NCBI GenBank assembly: GCA_041395385.1
Contig: JAWLAN010000011.1
Coordinates: 71,783 to 135,782, forward strand
Direction of reading: 5' to 3'
DNA length: 64,000 bases
Source: Gammaproteobacteria bacterium
Lineage (GTDB): Bacteria; Pseudomonadota; Gammaproteobacteria; JAJPIJ01
In this document: positions 53,826-62,472 of the stretch, in pieces
How the letters are laid out: the number at the start of each line of letters is the position of its first letter
Position numbering within the stretch: the stretch's first letter is position 1
Notes under the pieces: generated by a model
What the model was told of the DNA's origin: nothing
Databases searched by the model: none
Seen by the model: the letters and a program-made list of their open reading frames with translations, nothing else
Program-made: the position numbers and the translations under genes

Positions 53826-56800
53826 ATGAACGATCTCACCCCCATTCCGATGCCGCGCGACCCGTCGTCCGCCGACGCGCCGGCGCCTGCCGCGAGCGAT
53901 GCCGCGCCGGCCCCCGCCCCGCCGCCCGGCGGCAACGCCCGCGTCCACCTGCAGGCGGTCATTGCCGCCGACGGCACCGGCTACGCGGTGATCGATCCGC
54001 GCGCGCGCGTCGTGGAGGCCAACGACGTCTACGCCCGCATGGCGGGTTTCGACGCCGCCGCCGCGGTGCTCGGACGCAGCGTGCTGGAATGGACGAACGG
54101 CCGCGACGTGCCGCGCACCGTCGAGCAGATCCGCCGCTGCATGGCCGAGGGCAGCGTGCGCGCGATGCAGGTGGAGTATCACGATGCCGGCGGGCGGCGC
54201 GTCCCGGTGTCCATCAACGCGCAGCGCACCGAGACCGCCGACGGCCCGCGCATCGTGCTGTTGTGCCGCCAGGAGCGGCAGCGACCGAGCGCCGCGGAGG
54301 CGTTGCAGGCCAACCGGGTGCGCATGCGCGAGCAGCAGGCCGCGCTGTCCTGGCTGCTCACCAGCCAGGCCTTCCTCGAGCACGACCTGGGCGAGTTCTT
54401 CCGGCTGGTCACCCGTTGCGTGGCCGACGTGCTGGAGGTCGAACGCGTCAACCTGTGGCGGCTGAATCCGGCGCGCACCGTCATGACGCTGGTGAGCGGT
54501 TTCGATCGATTGAGCGGCACGGACGCCAGCGGCACGGAACTGGACACCGGGCCATACCAGGCCTACTTCCGCGCCCTGGAGAACAACGAGCCGATGCAGG
54601 TCGACAATCTCGGCGAGGACGAGCGCACCAGCGAGCTCTCCGATCTGCACCTGCGCCCGTTCGGCGTCACCGGCCTGCTCGACGTTCCCGTTTTCGTCGA
54701 CAACCAGCTCGATGGCGTCCTTTGCCTCGAGCAGGTCGGCCAGGAAAAGCCCTGGCACCCCGACACCCGTTTGTTCGCCGCGGCAGTCACGAACATCGTC
54801 GCGCTGGCCCTGCAGCACCAGGAGCGCACGCGTGCGGAGAACTCGCTGCGTCAGAGCGAGGAACGCTACCGGCAGCTCGTGGAGCTCTCCCCGGATGCGA
54901 TCCTCGTCCTCCAGCACGACCGTATCACCTTCGCCAACCCCGCGGCGCTGCAGCTGCTCGGCGCGCGGCGCCCGAGCGAGGTCATCGGCGAGGGTCTGTT
55001 CCGCTTCCTGCACCCGCATTACCACGACACGGCGCGCAATCGCCTGCGGCTGACGGCGGAGCTGCGGGCCTCGATCCCGTTCGTCGAGGAGAGGTACGTC
55101 CGGCTGGACGGAACCACGGTGGACGTCGAGACGACCTCCGGGCCGTACCAGGACGAACAGGGCGAGGGCCTGCAGGTGATCGTGCGAGACATCACCGCCC
55201 GCAAGCGCACCGAGATGAAGCTTGCCAAGAGCGAGCAGCGCCTGGACCTCGCCCTGAAGGCCGCCGATCTGGGCCTGTGGGACTGGAACCTGCAGACCGG
55301 CGACGCGTACTTCGACGATCGCTGGCTCGGCATCGTCGGCTACGCCCGCGAGGAGTTTCCGCCACACATCAACACCTGGGAGATGATCGTCCACCCCGAC
55401 GATCTGCCGAGGGTCATCGCCGCGACCAGGGCCCATGCCGAGGGGCAGACGCCGTACTTCGAGAGCGAGCACCGCGTGCTCACGCGCAGCGGCGAATGGC
55501 GCTGGGTGCACGACAAGGGCCGCATCGTCGAGCGTGACGAGACCGGCCGTCCATTGCGCGAGGCCGGCACGACGCTGGACGTCACTGCGCGCAAGCAGCA
55601 CGAGGAGGCGCTGCGCGCGAGCGAGGCCAAGTTCTCGCGTTTCTTCCAGTCCAACCCGCTGCCGGGCATCATCGCAAGCTTCCCCGAAGGCCGGGTCATC
55701 GAAGTCAACCAGGGCTTCCTGCGCGCCACCGGCTACCAGCGTGAGGAGGTCATCGGTGTCGCCGCCGCCGACGTGGCGCTGCGCTTCGAGGCCTCGCAGC
55801 GGGATCTGCTCTACCACGCGCTGGAGACCGGCCAGACGCCCTATGCCTTCGAGGCGCGGCTGCAGTTGCACTCCGGCGAGCTGCGCGACGTGCTGGCGAC
55901 CTACGAGCGGATCGATTTCGGCGGTCAGCGCTGTTTCGTCGGCATGTACTACGACATTACGCATCGCAAGCTCATCGAGGCGGAGATGCGCCGTATCAAC
56001 GAGCAGCTCGAGCAGCGCGTGGCGGAACGGACCGCGGAGCTGGAGTCCAGCAACCGCGCGCTGCGGGCGGCCGAGAGCCGCCAGCGCGTCCTGCTCGATG
56101 CCATGCCGGATCTCATGTTCCGCATCGACCGCGCCGGCCGCGTGCTCGACTTCTCGGCTCCGCGGGGCGACAGCCTGATCGACCCGGAGAAGCTCATCGA
56201 TCGCGACCTGCGCGAGGTCGGCCTCGACGCCCCCATGCTGCAGTCGATGCTCGCCACCATCGAGCGGGCGCTCCACGACGGCAACATCGAACAGCTGGAG
56301 TTCCGCCTGGCCACTCCCGTCGGACCGCGCGAGTACGAGGCGCGGGTGCTCAAGAGCGGGGCCGAGGAGGTCGTGGCCGTCGTGCGCGACATCACGGAGC
56401 GGCGGCGCATCGAGCATGCACTACGCCTGAGCGAGGCCGGCCTGAGCGCGGCGCAGAGCCTCGCCCATCTCGGAAGCTGGGAACAGGACATCATCAACCC
56501 CGAGTCGATCGAGGCCAACCCGCTGCGATGGTCCGACGAGACCTACCGCATCCTGGGCTATAATCCCGGGGAGGTCGAACCGTCGGTTGCACGCTTGATC
56601 AACAGCTTGCACCCCGACGATCGCCAGGCGGTGCGTGAGCTCTGGAGCGCCGCGGTGCGCGACGGCAAGGACTTCGATCACGTCTGCCGCGTGCTCCGCC
56701 CCGACGGCGCGGAACGGATCGTGCATACGCAGTGCGGCATCCTCGGAGGGACGCCCGACCCGGGCACGGGCGTGAAGATCCTCGGGGTCATGCAGGACAT

Positions 56801-57953
56801 CACGGAGCGCAAGCACGCCGAGGACGCGCTGCGACTGAGCGAAAGGCGGCTGCGCCAGATCATCGATGCCGTCCCGCACCTCATCTACGCGCGCGAGATG
56901 GGCGGCCGCTTTATCCTCGTCAATCAATCGGTTGCCGACATGTTCGGCACCACGGTGGACAACGTGCTGGGCAAGACCGAGGCGGCGTTCGGGCGTCGGC
57001 CGGAGGAAGTCGAGCGATCGCGGGAGACGGACATGGAGGTGGTACTGGTGGGGCAGCCGCAGCTCATTCCGGAGGAGACGATCACCGACGTGAACGGCAA
57101 CGTGCACGTGCTGGAGACGATGAAGATCCCCTTCACCTTCTCCGGGACGAGCCTGCCGGCCGTGCTCGGGGTATCCACCGACATCACCTATCGCAAGCAG
57201 GCCGAGCGCGAGATCCGCGCCTTGAACGAACAGCTCGAGGCCCGCGTGCAGCAGCGCACCGCCGAGTTGGAGGCCGCCAATCGCGAGCTGGAGAGCTTCA
57301 GTTACTCCGTCTCGCACGATCTGATCGCGCCCCTGCGCGGCATCGACGGCTGGAGCCTGGCGCTGATCGAGGACTTCGGCGATCGCCTCGACGAGCTCGG
57401 GAGGAAGTATCTCGCCAACGTGCGTGGCGAGGCGCAGCGCATGGCCATGCTGATCGACAACATGCTGAAGCTCTCGCGGGTGACGCGGGCGGAGATGCGG
57501 CACGAGCCGGTGGACCTCTCGAGGATGGCCGAGGAGATCGCCGCGGAGCTGCGGGTCAGGGATCCGGAGAGGCAGGCGGACTTCATCATCGAGCCCTTGC
57601 TCATCGCCAGTGGCGATCCGGTCCTGCTGCGTTCGGCGCTGCAGAACCTGATGGAGAACGCGTGGAAGTTCACCAGTCGCAGCGAGCGCGGCCTGATCGA
57701 GATCGGGATGATGACCGAGGCGGAGGAACAGGTATTCTTCGTGCGCGACAACGGCGCCGGATTCGACCAGGCCTACGCCGCCAAGATGTTCGCGCCGTTC
57801 GCGCGCCTGCATCGCGCCACCGACTATCCCGGCACCGGCATCGGACTGGCCAGCGTGCAGCGGATCATCCGCCGCCACGGCGGACGGATCTGGGCCGAAG
57901 GCGCCGTCAACCAGGGCGCCACCTTCAAGTTCACCCTGCCGCTGCCGACGTGA
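53826..57953 (+). CDS. multi-sensor (PAS/GAF) histidine kinase
   Basis: 1375 aa. Multiple PAS/PAC and GAF-like modules, an H-box (FSYSVSHDLIAPLRGI) and HATPase_c (GTGIGLASVQRII). No receiver domain. Confidence 0.88.
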   Translation: MNDLTPIPMPRDPSSADAPAPAASDAAPAPAPPPGGNARVHLQAVIAADGTGYAVIDPRARVVEANDVYARMAGFDAAAAVLGRSVLEWTNGRDVPRTVEQIRRCMAEGSVRAMQVEYHDAGGRRVPVSINAQRTETADGPRIVLLCRQERQRPSAAEALQANRVRMREQQAALSWLLTSQAFLEHDLGEFFRLVTRCVADVLEVERVNLWRLNPARTVMTLVSGFDRLSGTDASGTELDTGPYQAYFRALENNEPMQVDNLGEDERTSELSDLHLRPFGVTGLLDVPVFVDNQLDGVLCLEQVGQEKPWHPDTRLFAAAVTNIVALALQHQERTRAENSLRQSEERYRQLVELSPDAILVLQHDRITFANPAALQLLGARRPSEVIGEGLFRFLHPHYHDTARNRLRLTAELRASIPFVEERYVRLDGTTVDVETTSGPYQDEQGEGLQVIVRDITARKRTEMKLAKSEQRLDLALKAADLGLWDWNLQTGDAYFDDRWLGIVGYAREEFPPHINTWEMIVHPDDLPRVIAATRAHAEGQTPYFESEHRVLTRSGEWRWVHDKGRIVERDETGRPLREAGTTLDVTARKQHEEALRASEAKFSRFFQSNPLPGIIASFPEGRVIEVNQGFLRATGYQREEVIGVAAADVALRFEASQRDLLYHALETGQTPYAFEARLQLHSGELRDVLATYERIDFGGQRCFVGMYYDITHRKLIEAEMRRINEQLEQRVAERTAELESSNRALRAAESRQRVLLDAMPDLMFRIDRAGRVLDFSAPRGDSLIDPEKLIDRDLREVGLDAPMLQSMLATIERALHDGNIEQLEFRLATPVGPREYEARVLKSGAEEVVAVVRDITERRRIEHALRLSEAGLSAAQSLAHLGSWEQDIINPESIEANPLRWSDETYRILGYNPGEVEPSVARLINSLHPDDRQAVRELWSAAVRDGKDFDHVCRVLRPDGAERIVHTQCGILGGTPDPGTGVKILGVMQDITERKHAEDALRLSERRLRQIIDAVPHLIYAREMGGRFILVNQSVADMFGTTVDNVLGKTEAAFGRRPEEVERSRETDMEVVLVGQPQLIPEETITDVNGNVHVLETMKIPFTFSGTSLPAVLGVSTDITYRKQAEREIRALNEQLEARVQQRTAELEAANRELESFSYSVSHDLIAPLRGIDGWSLALIEDFGDRLDELGRKYLANVRGEAQRMAMLIDNMLKLSRVTRAEMRHEPVDLSRMAEEIAAELRVRDPERQADFIIEPLLIASGDPVLLRSALQNLMENAWKFTSRSERGLIEIGMMTEAEEQVFFVRDNGAGFDQAYAAKMFAPFARLHRATDYPGTGIGLASVQRIIRRHGGRIWAEGAVNQGATFKFTLPLPT

Positions 57954-58023
57954 GCCCGCTTCTCATGTCCACCCGCTCGCCCGCTGCCCTGGCCGCCACC
58001 TCGCCGAAGGGGGCGCGTGCGTG

Positions 58024-60234
58024 ATGGAGCCGACGCTCTCCTCGCTGGTGCGTGCCGACAGCGCCGCCGAGAGCGGCGCCTCGGAATCCTCCGAGATGCG
58101 GCGCCACTTCCGCACCACCTCGCACTTCCTGCGCGCGCTCATCGTCGAGGATTCCGAGAGCGACGCCGGGCTGCTGCTGCGCCATCTCGAACGCGGCGGC
58201 TACATCGTCGAGCACGTCATCGTCGACAACGCCGCCGACATGCAGGCGGCCCTGGCGGAGAAGGCCTGGGACGTGGTGATCGCCGACTACGTGCTGCCGC
58301 AGTTCGACGCGCCAACGGCGCTGAAGCTCCTCAAGGACAGCGGCCAGGACATCCCCTTCATCGTCGTCTCCGGCAGCATCGGCGAGGACATCGCCGTGCG
58401 CATGATGAAGAGCGGGGCCAGCGACTACCTGCTGAAGGAGAATCTCACCCGCCTGGTGCCGGCGGTGCAGCGCGAGCTGCGCGATGCCGCGGTTCGCCGC
58501 GAGCGCATGCGAGTGGAAGAGGACCTGCGCGTCTACGGCCAGGTGTTCGAGGCGAGCTGCGAGGCGATCGCCATCACAGACGCCCGCCGCCGCATCATCG
58601 CCGTGAACCCGGCGTTCTCGGACATCACCGGCTACCCACCCGAGGACGTCATCGGCCGCACGGCGCAGCTGCTGAGCTCGGGCGGCTACGATCCGGCCTT
58701 CTACGATTCCATCTGGCAGACGGTCGACGAATGCGGTTACTGGACCGGGGAGATCTGGGCGCGCAAGAGGTCCGGCGACCTGTTCATGGAGTGGCTGTCG
58801 ATCTCGGCGATCCGGGACTCCTCCGGCAAGATCAGCCACTACGTGACGCAGGGCGTGGACATCACCAGCCAGAAGCGCGCCGACGAGCGCATACACTACC
58901 TCGCCCACTACGACTCGCTGACGAAGCTGCCCAACCGCACCCTGCTGCAGGATCGCATCTCGCGCGCGGTGGCCGCCGCCGAGCGCAACGCCAACCGCGT
59001 GGCGATCATGTTCATCGATCTGGACCGCTTCAAGAACATCAACGACTCCCTCGGGCATCCCGTGGGCGACCGGCTGCTGCAGGCCGTCGCCGATCGGCTG
59101 CGCGGCTGCGTGCGTGACAACGACACGGTGGCGCGCCTGGGCGGCGACGAGTTCGTGGTGGTGCTGCCGGAGACCGGGCAGGAGGGCGCCTCGCACGTGG
59201 CCCAGAAGATCCTCACCAGCCTGAGCGGGCCGTACCAGATCGAGAGCTTCCAGCTCATCATCACGCCGAGCATCGGCATCAGCGTGTTCCCCGAGGACGG
59301 CACCGACATCGAGACGCTGATCAAGAACGCCGACGCGGCGCTCTATCACGCCAAGGACAACGGCCGGAACAACTACCAGTTCTTCACCCAGGAGATGAAC
59401 ATCGCCGCCTACGAGCGCATCTCGCTGGAGAACGGCTTGCGTATCGCGCTGGAGCGCGGCGAGTTCGAGCTCTACTACCAGCCGCAGGTGAGCGTGCGCA
59501 CCGGCGCGGTCACCACGCTGGAGGCGCTGGTGCGCTGGAACCATCCGCACTGGGGCGTGGTGCCGCCCAGCATGTTCATACACGTCGCCGAGGACAGCGG
59601 CATCGTCGTGCCGCTGGGCAAGTGGATGCTGCGCGAGGCCTGCCGCCAGGTGGTGCAATGGCAGCAGAGCGGCTTCCCGCAGGTGCCGGTGGCGGTGAAC
59701 ATCTCGGCCGTGCAGCTGCGCGACAAGGGCTTCGCACAGTTCGTGCAGGAAGTGCTGGCGGAGACGGGGCTGAAGCCCGCGATGCTCCAGCTAGAGCTCA
59801 CCGAGAGCATCCTCATGCAGGACGAGAGTCGCAGCAGCCCCGGCATCAAGGAGCTCTCGGCGCTGGGCGTGCACCTGGCGCTGGACGACTTCGGCACCGG
59901 TTACTCGAGCCTCACCTACCTGCGCCGCTTCCCGATCAGCAAGCTGAAGATCGACCGCTCCTTCATACGCAACTGCGCCGAGACCCCCTCGGACGGCGCG
60001 ATCGTCAAGGCCATCATCAACTTGGCGCACAGTCTCGGCCTGCGGGTGATCGCCGAGGGCGTGGAGAACGAGCAGCAGTATGACTTCGTGGTGGCCGAGG
60101 GCTGCGACGACATCCAGGGCTTTTTCTTCAGCCCCCCGAAGTGCGCCGAGGATCTCATCGGCTTCCTGAGCGTGGACTCCACCGCTCCCCTGGCCGAGCT
60201 GCGCGAGAGCACCGGCGGTCAGGCCGCGGAGTGA
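58024..60234 (+). CDS. response regulator with REC-PAS-GGDEF-EAL domains
   Basis: REC with the acceptor Asp (VVIADYVLPQ), a PAS domain, GGDEF (RLGGDEF) and EAL (ELTES, DDFGTGYSSL, KIDRSF). Confidence 0.88.
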   Translation: MEPTLSSLVRADSAAESGASESSEMRRHFRTTSHFLRALIVEDSESDAGLLLRHLERGGYIVEHVIVDNAADMQAALAEKAWDVVIADYVLPQFDAPTALKLLKDSGQDIPFIVVSGSIGEDIAVRMMKSGASDYLLKENLTRLVPAVQRELRDAAVRRERMRVEEDLRVYGQVFEASCEAIAITDARRRIIAVNPAFSDITGYPPEDVIGRTAQLLSSGGYDPAFYDSIWQTVDECGYWTGEIWARKRSGDLFMEWLSISAIRDSSGKISHYVTQGVDITSQKRADERIHYLAHYDSLTKLPNRTLLQDRISRAVAAAERNANRVAIMFIDLDRFKNINDSLGHPVGDRLLQAVADRLRGCVRDNDTVARLGGDEFVVVLPETGQEGASHVAQKILTSLSGPYQIESFQLIITPSIGISVFPEDGTDIETLIKNADAALYHAKDNGRNNYQFFTQEMNIAAYERISLENGLRIALERGEFELYYQPQVSVRTGAVTTLEALVRWNHPHWGVVPPSMFIHVAEDSGIVVPLGKWMLREACRQVVQWQQSGFPQVPVAVNISAVQLRDKGFAQFVQEVLAETGLKPAMLQLELTESILMQDESRSSPGIKELSALGVHLALDDFGTGYSSLTYLRRFPISKLKIDRSFIRNCAETPSDGAIVKAIINLAHSLGLRVIAEGVENEQQYDFVVAEGCDDIQGFFFSPPKCAEDLIGFLSVDSTAPLAELRESTGGQAAE

Positions 60235-60238
60235 GGGT

Positions 60239-61444
60239 TCAGGGGAGGACCCGGTCTATCTCGATGCGGATTTCGGTGGCTCCCGGCCGTACCGGGCCGA
60301 CGCTGCCCTCGATATCGCCGGACCGCGGCGTGACGTCCCCGGACTTGGAAATCCGCGCGACCACCATGAACTCCCCGGCGCTGCTCAGATTCATGCCCGG
60401 CGCCATGGCCATCGAATCGTCCAGCGTGAACGCGAGCGGGAGTTCCTTCGCCTGCCTGCGCAGCACGGCCAGCGGCATGCGCGGACCTTCCAGCGCGCGG
60501 GCGTAGACGAACAGCGTATCCTCGGGAGCGATCGTGCCCGCAATTCCCTCCTTGAGGCTCACCGTGCCCGCCACCGATGCGCCGAGGCCTGCCGGCGCGG
60601 CATCCGGCGCCGCGGGCATGCCGGCGCGGGCGCGCGCCTCGGCCAGGCCCGCCTCGACCGCGGCGTAGGACTCGGAGTCCCTCGGGATCATCGTCCGCAA
60701 CGCCTCCCAGTGCCGGATTGCGTCCGCATAATCGCCCGCGTCCAGGGCCAGGCGGCCGGCCAGCGCCAGGCCGCGCACGTCGCCCGGATCGATCGCCAGC
60801 GCCCGGGCGACCAGCTCCCGCGCCTCGCCGCTGTCGCCCTGGTACATCAGCTCCGCGAGCTCGACCAGCGGCGCGGCCATCTGCGGGCCCGCCTCGATGG
60901 CCCGCCGATAGGCCGCCATCGCCTCCTGCGGCCGCTCCATGTACGCGTGACTGCGCGCCAGCAACAGCCACGCCTCGGCGTCCCCGGGATTCGCCTCGAC
61001 GCGGGCGGTCATCTCGGCGGCGAACCCCTCGACCTCCTCGGGCGTGAGCTCGCCCCCGGCGTCCGCCGTTTGCGCGGCGCGGTCGGCCAGTCGTGGCGTT
61101 CCGACGTGCAGATAGAGCACCGCGGCCATCACCGGCAAGGCGAGGGTCGCCACCACCACCGCCGCGCCCGCGCCACGGTTCCACGACCGCGGCCGGCGGC
61201 CGGCGAGCGCCGCCTCCTCGACCACGCGCCGCTCGAGCTCTTCGCGCACCTGGTCGCGCTGTTCGGCACTGAGCACGCCGCGCGCCAAATCCTCCTCCAG
61301 CTCGGCGGCCTGCTCGCGCAGCAGCTCGACGTTGGATTTCGCGGCCTCCGGCTCCTGCTCGCCGCCCCGCCGCAGCAGCGGCAGCGCGACGATCGCCATG
61401 GCCACCAGCGTCATCGCGATCGCCACCAGCGTGAAGGCGCTCAT
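60239..61444 (-). CDS. ccmI: c-type cytochrome biogenesis protein CcmI (CycH), TPR-containing
   Basis: N-terminal transmembrane helix (MSAFTLVAIAMTLV) and periplasmic TPR repeats. Follows ccmH with an ATGA overlap. The upstream part of the track ORF is an artefact. Confidence 0.8.
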   Translation of the reverse strand: MSAFTLVAIAMTLVAMAIVALPLLRRGGEQEPEAAKSNVELLREQAAELEEDLARGVLSAEQRDQVREELERRVVEEAALAGRRPRSWNRGAGAAVVVATLALPVMAAVLYLHVGTPRLADRAAQTADAGGELTPEEVEGFAAEMTARVEANPGDAEAWLLLARSHAYMERPQEAMAAYRRAIEAGPQMAAPLVELAELMYQGDSGEARELVARALAIDPGDVRGLALAGRLALDAGDYADAIRHWEALRTMIPRDSESYAAVEAGLAEARARAGMPAAPDAAPAGLGASVAGTVSLKEGIAGTIAPEDTLFVYARALEGPRMPLAVLRRQAKELPLAFTLDDSMAMAPGMNLSSAGEFMVVARISKSGDVTPRSGDIEGSVGPVRPGATEIRIEIDRVLP

Positions 61445-61929
61445 CGCGGCTCCTTGCTGCCGGGCGCGGTCTGCTCGCGCAGCAGCCGCGCGGCCAGGGC
61501 CCGTTGCCGTTCCGTGAGCGGCGCGTCGGCAGGCGCCTCGGCCTGCCGGCGCAGCGCCCGGCGCAGCGCGACGAGGCCCACCAGCAGCAACAGCGCCGGC
61601 CCTGCCCACAGCAGGACGGTGGTGGTCTTGAACGGCGGCTGGTAAAGGACGAAATCGCCGTAGCGATCGGTCATGAAGGCGACGATCTCCGCGTCGGTCT
61701 TGCCGGCGGCGATCTGCTCGTCGATCTGGCGGCGCAGATCGACGGCGAGGTCGGCATTGGACTCCGCGATCGACTGATTCTGGCACACCAGGCAGCGCAG
61801 CTTCCTCGACAGCTCGACCGATCGCTTTGCCGCCACGGGATCCTGCGCGGTCGGCACGGCCTCGTCGGCGAGCGGGGCGCCGCTCAGCGCGGCGAGTATC
61901 GCCAGCAGGGCCGCGGCAAGCACTCTCAT
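61441..61929 (-). CDS. ccmH: cytochrome c-type biogenesis protein CcmH
   Basis: Signal peptide, an LRCxxC motif (LRCLVCQNQS) and a C-terminal transmembrane helix. Confidence 0.85.
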   Translation of the reverse strand: MRVLAAALLAILAALSGAPLADEAVPTAQDPVAAKRSVELSRKLRCLVCQNQSIAESNADLAVDLRRQIDEQIAAGKTDAEIVAFMTDRYGDFVLYQPPFKTTTVLLWAGPALLLLVGLVALRRALRRQAEAPADAPLTERQRALAARLLREQTAPGSKEPR

Positions 61930-62453
61930 CCCTGTTCGAGCTCGTGGATGAGCGGCAGGATCTCCTCCTGCAGGACCTCGGCGGTGACCGGCCCGATCTG
62001 CTTGTGCCGGATGATCCCCTGACTGTCGATGAGGAAGGTCTCCGGGACGCCGTAGACGCCGAAGTCGATCCCCACCCTGCCCTCGGGATCGCTGACCGAG
62101 AGCACGTAGGGATCGCCCAGGCGCGCCAGCCACGCCTGGGCATCCTCGGGCCGGTCCTTGTAGTTGAGCCCCACGATGGCGACCGGATGGCTCCTGGCGA
62201 AGTCCACCAGCAGGGGGTGCTCGTCACGGCAGGCCACGCACCAGGACGCCCACACGTTCAGCAGCCACACCCGGCCGCGCATCGACTGCGGCGAGAACGT
62301 CTGCGCCGGCTCGTGCAGCTGCGACAGCGTGAAGGCGGGCGCCGGCTTGCCGATGAGCGGCGAGGGCACCTCGCGCGGGTTGAGCTTCAGCCCGACGAAC
62401 AGGAATCCGAGCAGGACGAGGAAGACTGCGAACGGCAGCAGGAATCGGCTCAT
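61926..62453 (-). CDS. ccmG: thiol:disulfide interchange protein CcmG/DsbE
   Basis: Transmembrane anchor, thioredoxin-fold WCVAC active site and a GVYGVPETFLID motif. Confidence 0.9.
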   Translation of the reverse strand: MSRFLLPFAVFLVLLGFLFVGLKLNPREVPSPLIGKPAPAFTLSQLHEPAQTFSPQSMRGRVWLLNVWASWCVACRDEHPLLVDFARSHPVAIVGLNYKDRPEDAQAWLARLGDPYVLSVSDPEGRVGIDFGVYGVPETFLIDSQGIIRHKQIGPVTAEVLQEEILPLIHELEQG

Positions 62454-62472
62454 GTTCGCGTCCTCGGCAGGA

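Noticed and set aside
53745-59658. Three long minus-strand ORFs antisense to the PAS kinase and the GGDEF-EAL gene
   Set aside because: Antisense artefacts.
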